NCBI GenBank assembly: GCA_963977015.1
Contig: CAXBMO010000028.1
Span: 20,326-84,325 of the forward strand
From: an uncultured bacterium
GTDB lineage: Bacteria > Verrucomicrobiota > Verrucomicrobiia > Verrucomicrobiales > DEV007
Direction of reading: 5' to 3'
Length of the DNA stretch: 64,000 nt
Under the pieces are notes generated by a model that saw only the letters and a program-made list of their open reading frames with translations, did no database searches and was not told where the DNA came from. Numbering within the stretch: position 1 is the first letter of the stretch; the number at the start of each line of letters is the position of its first letter. Shown piece after piece: positions 61,477-64,000 of the stretch. Position numbers and translations under genes: made by a program.

Positions 61477-61602
61477 AGCGAACAAGACGCGGGTGATCAA
61501 CTGCCTGCCCACACTGAATCGGAATCGAAATGAACGTTCAATCTTCAACCCAAAAGTCGGAGCGCATTGTCGGCAGGCCGTGACATCGTTTTGACGATAC
61601 TA
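61477..61602 (+). other. attC site (126 bp) with R' core reading GAT instead of GTT
   Basis: R'' AGCGAAC; GTG[A]TCA[A]CTGCCTGCC pairs with GGCAGGCCGTGACAT; ends TTGAC-GATACTA. Confidence 0.7.
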
Positions 61603-61639
61603 TGCCGCAAATCAATCGAGGAAAACCAGTATCGAAGTC

Positions 61640-61882
61640 ATGTCAGAACCAGTTGTGATATATGTTATGTTGGAAGGAGTAAGAATCCTTGTGGAGCTTG
61701 ATAAGAATTTCGGGATAGCTTGCCCGCATTGCAAGGTCCAAAGTTGGGTACTTCAAAATCTACGAGGAGAGAGGCTCCCGCAAAGTTGGATCGGCAAGGT
61801 GTTCAAACGGGTGACGTTGGTCTGCGGATCATGCAAGGCTGAGTTTACCGTCAAGGCGAAACGAGCACAATCGCGTGGTTGA
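61640..61882 (+). CDS. Small zinc-ribbon protein
   Basis: CPHC and CGSC pairs in 80 aa. Confidence 0.6.
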   Translation: MSEPVVIYVMLEGVRILVELDKNFGIACPHCKVQSWVLQNLRGERLPQSWIGKVFKRVTLVCGSCKAEFTVKAKRAQSRG

Positions 61883-61883
61883 A

Positions 61884-63833
61884 ATGAAATTCGTTTTGTG
61901 CGGGCTGAGCCTACTTTTCACAACGTTCGCTGCCAACCTGTCGGCGGAAGTGGTGGTCTTGACAGACCTCCAAGGTAGAGATGTCGAGGCGGAAATTCTT
62001 CGCATTGAGGGGCAAAGCGTTCGTATCAGGCGACCGGCTGATGGTCGAGAATTCGTCTTGCCGCTCTCGAATTTGAGCGTTGATAGCCAACTCCTGGTAA
62101 AGAACATGGAGGAACGACTGAAGCGGGTTTCGACGGCCACGATCACCGGCGATTGGCGACGATTGGAAGTGGAACAACCTGGCAATATGGATGCGGCGAC
62201 GGTCTGTGGAATGGAGACCGGCGGTGCCGAGACTCGGCGAACAACAGGTGTTTACTCCCTTCATGCTCCCATTGGTTCCTGGATTCGAGCGAAGTTTGAG
62301 ACCAATCGTGGCCAAGTCGAAACGTGGGTTCGTTTTCATGGAAATGCTACTCACTGGAAATTTACCCTGGACGAGAACAAGGTGCTTCTCAGTAAGGATG
62401 GTGCCGAACCTCAAGTGGTAGGAATCTCTCTCAGAGAGGGAGAAGTGTTCGAAATCGACTTCAATTCCGATCCGGACCGTTATGCCCAACACCTTTGTCT
62501 GAATGCTTACTCGGACCAACTTCAAGGTATGGCCCCACATCTCTCCAGATTTACTGCCTTCTGTATTCGGGACCGAAATCCGACCGCTGCGAGTGTTCGA
62601 GCCATTGCTGCGCTTGATCCTGAGGCATTAGGGTTGGTCGTTGACGCTGAACACCTCCCTGACTTCGCACAGTCTGCCGGGAAAAAACTGCAAGCGCTGT
62701 CACTGGTCATTCGAAATCTGCCACCGGTCAAAGATGGCGATCGCTTGACGACGGATCCCATTACCTTGCCAAGCCTGCCAAGTCTCCAGTATTTCTATGT
62801 CTATTTCGCCCTTAGTGCTCCCCCCGATTTTGGGCAAACCCTGGTCAATTCGACTCCGAATTTAAGGGCCGTCTACATCGCCGTCGGGTCCCCCCGTGCC
62901 AAGTTTGCTGAGGTCACGGAACTGGATAAGCTTGTCCATCTTGAAGCCGTCAACGTTCCCTGGGCCATCAAAATACTCCCGGGTGAGTTGATCAAGTTAC
63001 CCAACTTGAAGAGTTTCCGTTTCTATTCAGGAACGCTGGATCGGTCAGACCCCGACTTCAAATCCTTATCGAAGATTCAGGGGTTGATCCATCTCAACAA
63101 TCGACAGGACGGGTTCGCGGGAAGCGTGATGGAAGAATGGGCCGATCTCGGCAATCTCCAAGAACTCCTTGTTTTGGAAACGTTTCGCGCAATCGATTTC
63201 ACAAAGCTACGAGACGTGGAGGTGTTGCGTTTGCGCCGTAGTAGCTCACATCACGATGATTTTGAGATCAAGGATTTGGGGGGATTGAACAAGCTTTGGT
63301 TTCTAAAGCTGGACCTAGCTTCGCAGGACGAAATTGATGCGTTAGGTGCGCTTCCGAATGCTTCTCAGGTCGAATATCTGTTCTTGGATAGAGGCACGTT
63401 TGATGATCTAACACCGCTCACCTCGATGAAGAATTTGCGGGCCTTAAGCGTTTTTAAAGCGGATTCCATGGTCCGGGAGGTGGATCTCAGCCTATTTCCC
63501 AAGCTGGAAAGGGCTCATCTAAGAGAGTTGAACGAGCTGACTTCAGTCGTGGGAATGGCGGGACATCCATCGCTGATTGAAATCAGCTTGAACCTCCCGA
63601 AATTGAAGACTTTAGGACCTCCCGGTGGCAGTCCTGTGCTCAAAGCTTTCGCGATGAGAAACATGGATGACATTACCGACCTCAAAGCGATTCAGGGAGC
63701 GGCTAATTTAACATCCGTCATTTTCTCCAACTGTGATGGGCTGGCTCCTCCGCTGGAGATCGATCTTGATCAAATCGATCGGGTATACGTGAGAGGGTGC
63801 GATTCTTTAGCCGATCGATCGATTGGCGAGTAG
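61884..63833 (+). CDS. Secreted SHD1-like plus leucine-rich-repeat protein
   Basis: Signal peptide; TDLQGRDVEAEI..DGREFVLPLSNLSVDSQ (SHD1-like); LxxLxxL repeats in the C-terminal half. Confidence 0.8.
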   Translation: MKFVLCGLSLLFTTFAANLSAEVVVLTDLQGRDVEAEILRIEGQSVRIRRPADGREFVLPLSNLSVDSQLLVKNMEERLKRVSTATITGDWRRLEVEQPGNMDAATVCGMETGGAETRRTTGVYSLHAPIGSWIRAKFETNRGQVETWVRFHGNATHWKFTLDENKVLLSKDGAEPQVVGISLREGEVFEIDFNSDPDRYAQHLCLNAYSDQLQGMAPHLSRFTAFCIRDRNPTAASVRAIAALDPEALGLVVDAEHLPDFAQSAGKKLQALSLVIRNLPPVKDGDRLTTDPITLPSLPSLQYFYVYFALSAPPDFGQTLVNSTPNLRAVYIAVGSPRAKFAEVTELDKLVHLEAVNVPWAIKILPGELIKLPNLKSFRFYSGTLDRSDPDFKSLSKIQGLIHLNNRQDGFAGSVMEEWADLGNLQELLVLETFRAIDFTKLRDVEVLRLRRSSSHHDDFEIKDLGGLNKLWFLKLDLASQDEIDALGALPNASQVEYLFLDRGTFDDLTPLTSMKNLRALSVFKADSMVREVDLSLFPKLERAHLRELNELTSVVGMAGHPSLIEISLNLPKLKTLGPPGGSPVLKAFAMRNMDDITDLKAIQGAANLTSVIFSNCDGLAPPLEIDLDQIDRVYVRGCDSLADRSIGE

Positions 63834-63947
63834 TTCGATTGGATCACATTTCAATCCACTTTGCGAAGTTGTTCTTCGCCACACTTGCAAGGTTTCAGGA
63901 GGTCGGTGTGGAGGCTCATCGTCCATTACGTACAGAATTCGCACTAA

Positions 63948-64000
63948 TGACCTGATCCAGAAAGCTGGACACCTCAAAACGATAGTTCTGCTAGGATTTG
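63948..64000 (+). mobile_element. Probable IS3-family terminal inverted repeat (element continues beyond the window)
   Basis: TGACCTGATCCAGAAAGCTGGACAC resembles IS3-type ends (5'-TG...TGGACA). Confidence 0.4.

Overview
GC-rich bacterial chromosome segment, most likely Verrucomicrobia or another PVC lineage, judging by the PSD1/DUF1549-DUF1553 plus DUF1501 pair, an SHD1-like protein and many near-leaderless genes. Most of the window is housekeeping and envelope genes: nadA, lgt, pstSCAB, astB, two LolC/E-type permeases, an msbA-like exporter, cinA, pdhABC, amgK-murU, adk, fmt, lpxK, rph and opgG/opgH. Three accessory zones interrupt these. (1) 0.9-3.7 kb: two ParDE modules whose toxins both have ACG where the start codon is expected, and a REP-flanked Y1 (RAYT-like) transposase abutting a truncated TIR gene. 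(2) 42-44.6 kb: an integrase-less integron cassette array. A 579-nt internally deleted group II intron with an AGC triad sits exactly inside one attC R' core (GTT|intron|AGGC), on the cassette strand. The ORF track misses this intron entirely. (3) 60.5-64 kb: a TIR/SEFIR gene packaged as an integron cassette with a second 126-bp attC of the same family, then a Zn-ribbon gene, an SHD1-LRR gene and a probable IS3 end. Also seen: twin sigma-54 promoters on a GH92-GT4 pair, a tandem palindromic operator before pstS, and a REP/heptamer mosaic at 50.8-51.3 kb. All calls were made by eye, without database searches.
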